This document shows positions 43,871 to 51,348 of a DNA stretch of 51,348 bases, piece after piece. The first letter of the stretch is position 1; the number at the start of each line of letters is the position of its first letter. Under the pieces are notes generated by a model. That model made no database searches and was not told the origin of the DNA. It worked only from the letters and a program-made list of their open reading frames with translations. The position numbers and the translations under genes were made by a program. The stretch is taken from assembly GCA_047602885.1 (NCBI GenBank), contig JBLKOQ010000004.1, forward strand, positions 1 through 51,348. The letters run 5' to 3'. This DNA comes from Candidatus Woesearchaeota archaeon (GTDB taxonomy: Archaea; Nanobdellota; Nanobdellia; Woesearchaeales; WAPJ01).

Positions 43871-44643
43871 TGCATTATTATGCCAGTATCATGATTAGAG
43901 CTTTAAGTCATGACAATGAAGGAACGTTGTATGTTCTATTAGAGGATACTCAGTGGAGCATCATAGCGTATCCTAAAGGTTATGATAGGCTAATTGGTCT
44001 ACTTAAGGACACTTATAATGCTGATTATCAGCGTTTGTTTTCTTATCCTAATGGTCTTGGTCATAGTGTCATGCAAAGAGCCTTAAGGCCCAGTCTGGGA
44101 TTAGAGACACATATAGAAAGGGCTCTTGATTCTGATACTAATCGCTTTTTGGAAGGCTTTCTTAACAACTATTGGTATAATCCATTTGTGCAAGATAGCT
44201 TTGAAGATTACGCTAAAAGAGTATTAGAAGATTTTGTCAGGCCTGGTAGTAATATGGCACTAGATGACAAGATATTAGGCATTACAGGGCTCCAGTCTAA
44301 TCATATATGCAACCTTCCTCTAGTCAACGTATTGTCGCTTACTTTTAGGAAGGGCAAAGAACTGCAAGAGTACCTATCAAACGGTATAATCAGGCCAAGG
44401 AATACAGGAGTAATACTAGATTATAATCGCGATTATGATACTTACTATCATGACAATGGAAACACCGTGAATGTCTTGTTCTCATCATATATCCATAATA
44501 GCAATAATTTTATGAATAATGACAGGATAGCAAAAAAAGCTGATCTTATGTCACGATTCTATAAAAGCTTTAGCGATAGGCAATTCCATTATTACTATAT
44601 TGCATTGAAAGGCAATGATATTATAAGTTATGTCAAGCTTTAG
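43870..44643 (+). CDS. Hypothetical 257-aa protein, coupled to the phosphatase gene
   Basis: The ATG overlaps the upstream TAA (TAATG). I recognise no motif. Confidence 0.5.
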   Translation: MHYYASIMIRALSHDNEGTLYVLLEDTQWSIIAYPKGYDRLIGLLKDTYNADYQRLFSYPNGLGHSVMQRALRPSLGLETHIERALDSDTNRFLEGFLNNYWYNPFVQDSFEDYAKRVLEDFVRPGSNMALDDKILGITGLQSNHICNLPLVNVLSLTFRKGKELQEYLSNGIIRPRNTGVILDYNRDYDTYYHDNGNTVNVLFSSYIHNSNNFMNNDRIAKKADLMSRFYKSFSDRQFHYYYIALKGNDIISYVKL

Positions 44644-44822
44644 TATGGCCAAAACCACCGCATAAAAAATCATTTATATATTCCAGTATCACACTATTAG
44701 TTATTAGGGAAGGCTTAAATACGGTATAACCACATAAGATGGATACAATAATATGAGTATGATACAAACAAATACGATGTAATGAGGATGATGCAAACAA
44801 AATATTATGGAGGTAATATAAT

Positions 44823-45671
44823 ATGAGATATGCAGTTGTATTAGGAGTGTTAGTTGTACTGTTAGTTGCATCCTGCACTAATGGCGAAGATACAGACAAT
44901 GGAATAGGGGATATAGAAGCTTGCCCTGCAGTATATGACCCTGTATGTGGCAGTGATGGAGTAACATATGGGAATAGCTGCGAAGCAGAAAGAGCTGGAA
45001 TAACAGAATATACTCCTGGAGAGTGCAATGGCGCAGGAGACATAGAAGATAGTAGCATTGAGATTGGTTTCTCTGAAGGATACTGGGATTACAGCCTTGT
45101 AATACTAAAGCCTACTCCATGCCATTCCATAATTGTAGATGAAATAGTAGAAGACAACGTTGTAATGGTAGATATTAGGATGTTGTATAATCAGGCAGAA
45201 CATACTTTGTGTCCTCAGGTAATAAACAATGAGAGTGTTGAAGGATTGATTAGGGCGTCTAATGATGCTGTTTTCAGAATTAGCGTAAATAATATTATAG
45301 TAAGCCAGAAATCAGGATTCCCGATAGCATGCCCTGCTATTTATGAGCCTGTATGTGGACAGCCTCCCATGCCTCACTGCAATCCTGGAATGGCATGCCC
45401 ACAAGTAATGCCACCACCAAAGACTTACAGCAATAGTTGCTTGATGAGGACTGATGGAGCTTACCTTCTGCATATGGGTGAATGCGGTGAAAATAATAAT
45501 GATATGCCTCCTAATGCAGTAGTTTGCACTCCTGAGATGAAAGCTGCAGAAGGTTGTACTATGGAATATATGCCTGTATGCGGTAGTGACGGTCAGACTT
45601 ATGGGAATAAGTGCGTTGCCTGCTCTGCACAAGTAGACTATTATGTGCCGGGAGAATGTGAATACGAATAG
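44823..45671 (+). CDS. Lipoprotein with three Kazal-type inhibitor-like domains
   Basis: Lipobox LLVASC. Kazal-like domains: [26 protein letters not shown]...GEC; [11 protein letters not shown]...[11 protein letters not shown]...GEC (with an insertion); [26 protein letters not shown]...GEC. GGAGGT lies 8 nt upstream of the ATG. Confidence 0.8.
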   Translation: MRYAVVLGVLVVLLVASCTNGEDTDNGIGDIEACPAVYDPVCGSDGVTYGNSCEAERAGITEYTPGECNGAGDIEDSSIEIGFSEGYWDYSLVILKPTPCHSIIVDEIVEDNVVMVDIRMLYNQAEHTLCPQVINNESVEGLIRASNDAVFRISVNNIIVSQKSGFPIACPAIYEPVCGQPPMPHCNPGMACPQVMPPPKTYSNSCLMRTDGAYLLHMGECGENNNDMPPNAVVCTPEMKAAEGCTMEYMPVCGSDGQTYGNKCVACSAQVDYYVPGECEYE

Positions 45672-45708
45672 AAAGTATTAATAAACCGTATTACTAAAAC
45701 ATTTTTTT

Positions 45709-46182
45709 ATGATTATATTTGTAATAGCAGGCGTATTAACACTATTGTTAGGTCCTTTTATGTTCGCATTCCTTAGTAGATTGTCTAATAAATATTCTTA
45801 TCCTGTAGGGGTTGCAGACAGTTTGGGCGATGGTTTGTTCTTGGTTTTGTTTAACGCTTATGCTTTTAGCTACGGCCTTCATAATGCTATCATTAATAAT
45901 CTGTTATTAACAGCTATTATTGCCTTAATCAGCGTATCTTTTGGTGTTATCATTTGTTATTGGAGAAAGAGCATTAGTGAGTTTAATGACTGGTCAAGGC
46001 CTAATAAGGGTGTTTTTAATGCAGGAGGATACTATCACAGCGTATTTCTGACAGTGCAGTCTTTCATAGTATTGTATGCTATTATCTATTATGACTCTAT
46101 TATTCTTTATTTATTGTTTGCTGGATATGTTGTATCCTTCATAATACACGAGGCGAAAATTAAATCCAAAGGTCATTTATAA
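45709..46182 (+). CDS. Four-TM membrane protein, unknown function
   Basis: Hydrophobic segments are spread across all 157 aa. Confidence 0.5.
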   Translation: MIIFVIAGVLTLLLGPFMFAFLSRLSNKYSYPVGVADSLGDGLFLVLFNAYAFSYGLHNAIINNLLLTAIIALISVSFGVIICYWRKSISEFNDWSRPNKGVFNAGGYYHSVFLTVQSFIVLYAIIYYDSIILYLLFAGYVVSFIIHEAKIKSKGHL

Positions 46183-46213
46183 GGTATTTTTGTCGATAAT
46201 TATGACAATAATA

Positions 46214-46777
46214 CTATTGTGGAAAGATTATTCTTAATGCAAACTGAGTATCAACGTATTCTGGTTCGGGAGTGTTAGCTTGTGTTTCTATTACTGCATT
46301 TCCTATAAGAGTATAGCTTCCGCCATTCTTTTCACATCCTTGCAATAATATAATGTCTTGTCCGTTGGAATGTATCGGATCTCCTGACAGTATTATGTTC
46401 TCACAATGTCCAACATCAATGCTTATTCCTTCTATTCGCATCCAGCTCCTTGTAGGGTTCATAACAAATACTCTAATGTCTCCCGTATTATAGTCGAGTG
46501 CTGCATTGCATTGTAATAATCCCATGCTGCATACATCCTGAATAGGACCTTGATAGGAATAATTGTTATCATACGAGTAAAAGCCTATAAGCAATGAAGC
46601 AATAATAGCAGTCATAATAATGCTTATAACTAACCCTATAATAGGCAGTGTTATGCTCTTATTAGTTCTATTGTTTATTATTATTCCTACTATGCTTACA
46701 ATAATGCCTATGGGCGCTAAGAGTATGCCAAGAACTATGGATAATATTCCTATAACATCGTTTTTTGACATTAACAA
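46214..46777 (-). CDS. Membrane-anchored protein with two N-terminal TM helices and a beta-rich Cys-containing ectodomain
   Basis: VIGILSIVLGILLAPIGIIVSIVGIII and LPIIGLVISIIMTAIIASLLIGF, followed by CSMGLLQCNAALDYNTGDIRVFVMN... Confidence 0.5.
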   Translation of the reverse strand: MLMSKNDVIGILSIVLGILLAPIGIIVSIVGIIINNRTNKSITLPIIGLVISIIMTAIIASLLIGFYSYDNNYSYQGPIQDVCSMGLLQCNAALDYNTGDIRVFVMNPTRSWMRIEGISIDVGHCENIILSGDPIHSNGQDIILLQGCEKNGGSYTLIGNAVIETQANTPEPEYVDTQFALRIIFPQ

Positions 46778-46830
46778 TCAGTATTTGTCTTTTGATATAA
46801 CTATTTAAGTCTTTTGCCAATACAGAATTC

Positions 46831-47241
46831 TTATTCTTGACTTTCCATTTTCCGGTATCCTCTGGAATAATCGTGGGTTATTCGCCTGCCTTTGCCTTTC
46901 TTGACCTCCAGTGCCATAGGAAGATAATCTTTCCCACTTTCCTCCTTTTGAGAATATAATACTAGTTTTAGTCCATTGTCTTTTTTCCTGTCATACCTTG
47001 TAAGGGATATTTCTGATGCTCCTCCTAATACTCTTTGGCTTATCTCAAGCATACAACTAGCGCCCTCAATTGTTTTGCGTTTAACTTCTGAACTATGCAT
47101 TCTTATGCCATACTTAATAAGCTCTTTTTCTATACCACTCATGTAGTATTTGCATTCTTCCTGCTCTATCCTGCCATTCTGGTAGAATGGCTCTAAAGCC
47201 TCCAATAGTTCGGTAATGTCCTTGTATGCCATTGTTAACAC
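46831..47241 (-). CDS. Hypothetical 136-aa cytoplasmic protein
   Basis: Clean ORF in a coding-dense context; no motif recognised. Confidence 0.45.
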   Translation of the reverse strand: MLTMAYKDITELLEALEPFYQNGRIEQEECKYYMSGIEKELIKYGIRMHSSEVKRKTIEGASCMLEISQRVLGGASEISLTRYDRKKDNGLKLVLYSQKEESGKDYLPMALEVKKGKGRRITHDYSRGYRKMESQE

Positions 47242-47286
47242 TCATTGCTTAATTTCATGGTTTAACAAAACATTTTTTAAGCTTAT

Positions 47287-49062
47287 TTAATTGTTTTTCT
47301 TCCTCCTGACAGCCATTATAGCGATGGCTATTAGTGACAGGAATATAAGCAATAATAGTATTCCTGGGATGCTTTCTATCTGTATTGCTCTGCCTGTCAA
47401 AGGACTCGATGCCATTACCATAGTCTCTTCATCCTCTGCAACTATTTCTTCTGGAACAATCTTATATTCTTGGATATTTCCTTCCACTAACTCCTCTTCT
47501 TCTATTCCTGCAAGCTCTACTTGTTCAGGACCGAACCATATCCATCTCCCTTTATTAGGTTTATTTTCATCTTCAGTTTCAATGGTATTATCACTCTTTT
47601 CAGGCTCATTTTCTTTGGCTGGCTTTTCTTCATTTCGTGTATTGTCTATGTGGAAGTAAAGGATATCATGAGCACTTATCTTTGTAGTAGTGTTTAGCGC
47701 ATAGCATGAAACATATGTGCTTCCAACCATAGAGTATGAGTGCAATGCTACCTTGTTTGCATCCGGCAATGTAGTGCCATCACCAAAAAACCATGTGTAT
47801 TGGTCGGCTCCAAAATTATTGTTGCATGCAAAACCATATTCATTGTTTCCGTTCTTGGTCTTTACTATCTTAGCGTAAGGCCTAACGCTTGTAACGTCAT
47901 CATATGAGGATGGCTCGTAACAATCTATTATGAGGTATCCTTTGTCTTCACCATCTACAAAATTATTGTTTATATTGTCTATGCAATCGCTTATCTGAGA
48001 GGCAGTATAATCGCTGTCTGCTCCTGACAATATTTTGTTGGCTTCTTTTAATACTGAGAATACGCTCATTCCGCTGCATACTCCTTCTTTTACTATTAGT
48101 TGTCCTAATGTTCCGTCTGTACTGCCAAAGCTTTCATCGTAAGAATCAAACCTTACATTCAGTGTTAATGCTATAGCTTGTCCTGCAAGTACTCCTCCCC
48201 CGTTAATGGTGTCTATAGTGTTTTCAGTCAGGCTACTAGGCTTTCCTCCGTTAGGAAGATTGTCTTGTATTGCTTTTGCACTGGTAAATATGGCATTATA
48301 TCCATCTTCTTTTCCTATCATCAATCCATTAGGGAATACGTCTACAAAATTGTCATCCCTGTACTTTCCAGGATTATTTCCTTTTCCAGGAGAACCCCAT
48401 CCTCCCATGCTGTATGTCTTGTATTTTTCAGGCTCACAAATAGGAGTTTCTGCCTTATTGTACATTACGCAATGGGTTGTCCTTTTATCCTCGATGAATG
48501 CCATTTCCCAGTTGTCAGTAAATGTTCCCGGGTCTCCATAACAGAAGAACGCTAGTACATTATCGTCACTGGCTCTTGCTCCATCGACTAGTTCTGAGAC
48601 TCCATACCTGCCTTCAGTGTATAGTCCCGATATGCTTATTCGTCCACTGCTATTTGTCTTGCCTATGCTTACATATTCTATGCCGTCATCCAGTCCAAGG
48701 TATGGCCCTCCAGTTCCACTGTTGTCAGGATCGTATACGTATCCAAATTCTATTCCTTCTGCTAGATTGCATCCTACTGGAGCGTAATGCTCTCCTAGTG
48801 AGTTGGGCGCATTGGCTGATCTTGCAAAAGGCACATTCTCTGGGCATACATACTTTACTATTTCCAAAGAACCGGTAGGTGTTATTGGTTCTGCAGGCTT
48901 TTTGTTTACCACTACTATGGTTGTATCATACGATATAGTCTTCGGACCTAGTCCGCTTATAGGCTCCCATTCCTGATGGTTTATCTCTGACACCTCGTAT
49001 ATGCCATTAGGTACATCTTCTATCTCGAAGCATCCACTTTCATCAGTCCATATGCAAACCCC
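47287..49062 (-). CDS. Segment 3 of the split surface-protein gene: repeat domain, PKD-like domain, C-terminal PGF-CTERM-like anchor
   Basis: The frame is open upstream of the tracked GTG (48993): GVCIWTDESGCFEIEDVPNGIYEVSEINHQEW... PKD-like segment YTWFFGDGTT. C-terminus IPGILLLLIFLSLIAIAIMAVRRKKNN. Confidence 0.6.
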   Translation of the reverse strand, partial: GVCIWTDESGCFEIEDVPNGIYEVSEINHQEWEPISGLGPKTISYDTTIVVVNKKPAEPITPTGSLEIVKYVCPENVPFARSANAPNSLGEHYAPVGCNLAEGIEFGYVYDPDNSGTGGPYLGLDDGIEYVSIGKTNSSGRISISGLYTEGRYGVSELVDGARASDDNVLAFFCYGDPGTFTDNWEMAFIEDKRTTHCVMYNKAETPICEPEKYKTYSMGGWGSPGKGNNPGKYRDDNFVDVFPNGLMIGKEDGYNAIFTSAKAIQDNLPNGGKPSSLTENTIDTINGGGVLAGQAIALTLNVRFDSYDESFGSTDGTLGQLIVKEGVCSGMSVFSVLKEANKILSGADSDYTASQISDCIDNINNNFVDGEDKGYLIIDCYEPSSYDDVTSVRPYAKIVKTKNGNNEYGFACNNNFGADQYTWFFGDGTTLPDANKVALHSYSMVGSTYVSCYALNTTTKISAHDILYFHIDNTRNEEKPAKENEPEKSDNTIETEDENKPNKGRWIWFGPEQVELAGIEEEELVEGNIQEYKIVPEEIVAEDEETMVMASSPLTGRAIQIESIPGILLLLIFLSLIAIAIMAVRRKKNN

Positions 49063-50735
49063 TCATAAACTTTTACTGTTAGATATCCGCTGTTATCCTT
49101 ATAATAATCATCGGTAATAATGAATTCTATGTCTCCTCCAGCATGAGCATAATTGTAAGCATATACATGGTCTTTATTGTATAGCATTCCCCAGTCTACG
49201 CTACTGCCTTGTACTTGTAATGTAAGATAATTTGTGTATCCGTAGAGTCTTACCCAGCTCTCGTAGGTTGGTCCTACTATATTATACATATTGTCTGTTT
49301 CGAGTCTTTGGCTGAATGCAGCATCAGTATACCTTGCATTAGGATTATTTCTGTATACATATTTTCCTTCAGACACTATTACATAGTTTCCTACAGGCAA
49401 GTCCGACAGGAAGAATATGTCTCCGTTAGGATATACTTCTAGTGTTCCTACAGGATCCTTATTATGTAGCATTAACTGCCATCCTTCAAGCCTATTGCCG
49501 TTATCGTCTTCTTTGCACATCATTACATTTGATGTTACTAATGCTGGTGTTTTTTTATTATAAGCGACACACTTGCTCTCCTGACCTTCATATACTAGGG
49601 TGTATTCATAATTGTCTTCCTTTCCGCCACTATCATACATGCAGCCAAAGTATAGCATTTCCTCATCAGGCAGTATCGTATTGTTCATGAACTCTGCAAT
49701 ATCATACTGTCCTGGCATTAGGTTGTCGGCTATTATTAATCCTAAATCATCTGTTATTCCTAATAGTGTATCAAAATCATCTGGGTTTGTTATCCATGGA
49801 CCTATGCCTGTTGTGCCTTCATTTTCTTTGTAGTAATACTGGAACTTTGCTCCTTCTACAGGCACGCATTCTTCTGGCACTATAAATGCTCCTTCGCTGT
49901 CAGGAACATTGTTTGGGCCGAGCATCGTTCCTGCTGGGCACGCATACTTGTATAGTTTTATGCTACCTTGAGGCTCTTCTATTGTGGTTACCTTGTTTGT
50001 TATAGTGCATTGCTTTTCTTCTCCTGGACCGATTGTTATTGTTCCATCATGGCATTCTGAGTAGTCTGTCGTTACCATGTACTTTTCAGAGTCCAATAAT
50101 GATTCTTCTGTTATGGCATATATTCCTGGCGACAATATTATGGGAGTGTTAAGCTCTGCTTCTTCGCCATCAATGTAGAACATAAAATCTGAATCGGATA
50201 TTACTACAGGCTTTTCTGAGTACTCCTTTATTATGGTTAGCGTTCCATTATTGTATTCAATATTGTTTGTTATAAAACAATTATAGTCTCTTTCCATTAC
50301 CTCTGAAAGTGTTATTATTCCTTCATCGCTGCAGTCTCCTGAGAATACTGTTTCCATGCTGTACTTTGTCATGTTTAGTTCATGGCTCTCTGTTATTGTA
50401 TATGTGCCATCCCTATAATTAGTGTATTTTTTTCCTATTGTTATCTCTTCTGTTATTTCGTCCTGAGTTATGTGGAATGTGAAGTCTTCTATAGAAACAC
50501 TGTCTGGAGCGCTTAGCTCTTTGTATATTGTAATGCCATAGCTACCACAGAATGTTATGTGGCTAATATCTCTTATTATTGCTTTTCCTTGGGGGTTAGT
50601 CCATTCTATGCCTGTCTCGCTGCCTTGGTACCCTCCTTCTCTTTCTTTCTGGCTTGATCCTGCCTTTACTATTATTCCGTCTACTGATTTATTTGCATTC
50701 CATTCAGCAAGTGTAGAATCTCCGATATTGCAATA
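49020..50735 (-). CDS. Segment 2 of the split surface-protein gene (tracked ORF 49020..50372 plus its stop-free upstream extension)
   Basis: My translation upstream of the tracked Met is stop-free: YCNIGDSTLAEWNANKSVDGIIVKAGSSQKEREGGYQGSETGIEWTNPQGKAIIRDISHITFCGSYGITIYKEL...NMTKYSMETVF... Confidence 0.55.
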   Translation of the reverse strand, partial: YCNIGDSTLAEWNANKSVDGIIVKAGSSQKEREGGYQGSETGIEWTNPQGKAIIRDISHITFCGSYGITIYKELSAPDSVSIEDFTFHITQDEITEEITIGKKYTNYRDGTYTITESHELNMTKYSMETVFSGDCSDEGIITLSEVMERDYNCFITNNIEYNNGTLTIIKEYSEKPVVISDSDFMFYIDGEEAELNTPIILSPGIYAITEESLLDSEKYMVTTDYSECHDGTITIGPGEEKQCTITNKVTTIEEPQGSIKLYKYACPAGTMLGPNNVPDSEGAFIVPEECVPVEGAKFQYYYKENEGTTGIGPWITNPDDFDTLLGITDDLGLIIADNLMPGQYDIAEFMNNTILPDEEMLYFGCMYDSGGKEDNYEYTLVYEGQESKCVAYNKKTPALVTSNVMMCKEDDNGNRLEGWQLMLHNKDPVGTLEVYPNGDIFFLSDLPVGNYVIVSEGKYVYRNNPNARYTDAAFSQRLETDNMYNIVGPTYESWVRLYGYTNYLTLQVQGSSVDWGMLYNKDHVYAYNYAHAGGDIEFIITDDYYKDNSGYLTVKVYEGFAYGLMKVDASR

Positions 50736-50977
50736 TTATACCCTTCCAGCATTCCTTCGTTGCTTAATATGAATTGTTCCTGGTTTGAATCCCAGTCATA
50801 TTTTGCTATTCCATAGTCAAATCCTGCTGCAATGCATTCTGCATCAGGATTTCCTACTTGGTCTACAGCAATCATAGAAACTGTTGAAGGCATTGATGCT
50901 GATATCATTATTAATGCCATTAAAAGTACTGTAAAGGTTTTTGTTGTTTTATTGTTCCTCATTATCATATCACCCAT
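50681..50977 (-). CDS. Segment 1 of the split surface-protein gene: signal peptide plus the first ~85 aa
   Basis: MRNNKTTKTFTVLLMALIMISASMPSTVSMIA. The frame terminates at 50681, while the -1 frame is open from 50735. Confidence 0.55.
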   Translation of the reverse strand: MGDMIMRNNKTTKTFTVLLMALIMISASMPSTVSMIAVDQVGNPDAECIAAGFDYGIAKYDWDSNQEQFILSNEGMLEGYNIAISEILHLLNGMQINQ

Positions 50978-51230
50978 AAAATATATACTACTTTATAGTG
51001 ACTTCTGTCAGTATTTAAACCTTTCTAAAATATACACTACTATAAAGTATTTAATCCTATATGTGTATTCTTACATTATAATTCCTGAATAGGCAATAGA
51101 AATGGCCGCTTAACCCATCATAATCAACAACCCCGCCCTAAAGGGCGCGGTATGTTGGAGTTAATGGTCAAACTGCTATCGGCCTAAAGACCGAGGTATG
51201 TACCTCACCCATTAACAATCATAATAAACA

Positions 51231-51348
51231 ATGCTGGGGGATAGGCATTAGAAACAAAGCATACAGTAACTATAGGTTCTGGGAGATAGACTATGCGAGA
51301 GGAATAGCTATAGTAATGATGATAATATACCATATATTATGGGACATA
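51231..51348 (+). CDS. Partial 5' end of a membrane protein (DUF1624/acyltransferase-like N-terminus); start disrupted or unresolved
   Basis: The frame ending at the window edge reads ...GIGIRNKAYSNYRFWEIDYARGIAIVMMIIYHILWDI but has no in-frame ATG. The ATG at 51231 is out of frame by one nucleotide across a G5 run (51236-51240). Confidence 0.3.

Larger units (their letters stand above)
47287..50977 (-). pseudogene. ~1,230-codon surface-protein gene split into three reading-frame segments by two -1 frame changes (pseudogene, sequencing error or recoding)
   Basis: Signal peptide in segment 1 (50977-50681). The frame of segment 2 is open from 50735 to the stop at 49020. The frame of segment 3 is open from 49062 to 47287. 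The same domain is repeated across segments 2 and 3 (IKLYKYACPAGT...CVAYNKKTP versus LEIVKYVCPENV...CVMYNKAETP). Confidence 0.65.

Noticed and set aside
44633-45058. 141-aa - strand ORF overlapping the start of the Kazal lipoprotein gene
   Set aside because: Pro/Ser/Thr-rich antisense translation with no start signals. The + strand gene has a lipobox, an SD box and three recognisable domains.
49047-49062. Calling the -1 frame change at the G4 run a programmed ribosomal frameshift
   Set aside because: There is no canonical X-XXY-YYZ slippery heptamer and I saw no downstream pseudoknot. A second homopolymer-linked frame problem at 51236-51240 makes a length error or mutational phase variation more parsimonious. 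It is reported as an open question instead.
40856-51000. Possibility that tRNA-Gly marks the edge of an integrated mobile element covering the accessory-looking block 41879-51000
   Set aside because: No integrase, recombinase or transposase is present, I noticed no direct repeat of the tRNA 3' end downstream, and housekeeping-type genes (VIT1, histidine phosphatase) are interspersed.

Overview
AT-rich, tightly packed window that reads as archaeal. It carries aIF6, prefoldin alpha, FtsY, archaeal-type ProRS ending in Tyr, AlaX, many class III (prepilin-like) signal peptides, TATA-like boxes about 25 nt before starts, and purine-rich SD boxes inside operons. The abundant Lys-rich tails and the many secreted or membrane proteins of unknown function suggest a small-genome, DPANN-like lineage; that is inference.

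Layout:
- 1-5520 (- strand): type IV pilus-like locus with a PilB/ArlI-type ATPase (partial), an 842-aa wHTH/helical-repeat protein and three pilin-like proteins.
- 5592-6721: two tandem HIT-like proteins with degenerate His triads.
- 6722-8753: an orphan archaeal pilin-like gene and a polytopic membrane protein.
- 8887-21619 (+ strand): the most interesting region. It is a 12.7-kb eight-gene operon: beta-propeller, KaiC/ArlH-like ATPase with a deviant P-loop, orphan NFACT-R, then two copies of a pair (giant protein with prepilin-like N-terminus, followed by a giant Sec-secreted Cys-rich protein). I propose it as a candidate undescribed surface filament or adhesion system.
- 21779-25442: housekeeping genes (ZPR1-type Zn finger, RNase H-like exonuclease, proS, P-loop kinase) plus a promoter-preceded GC-rich hairpin RNA candidate.
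- 25451-32257: glycogen island (debranching enzyme, GalT, GT4 synthase, GH57) plus two paralogs of an unknown domain.
- 32254-41680: nth, ferredoxin, bacterial-type metK, ftsY-pfdA-aIF6 operon, M50-like protease, pyrG, alaX, transglutaminase-like protein, tRNA-Gly(GCC), VIT1.
- 41879-51348: accessory-looking block of membrane and secreted proteins. It includes a triple-Kazal lipoprotein and a ~1,230-codon surface-protein gene split by two -1 frameshifts.

I saw no CRISPR array, transposase, integrase or rRNA.
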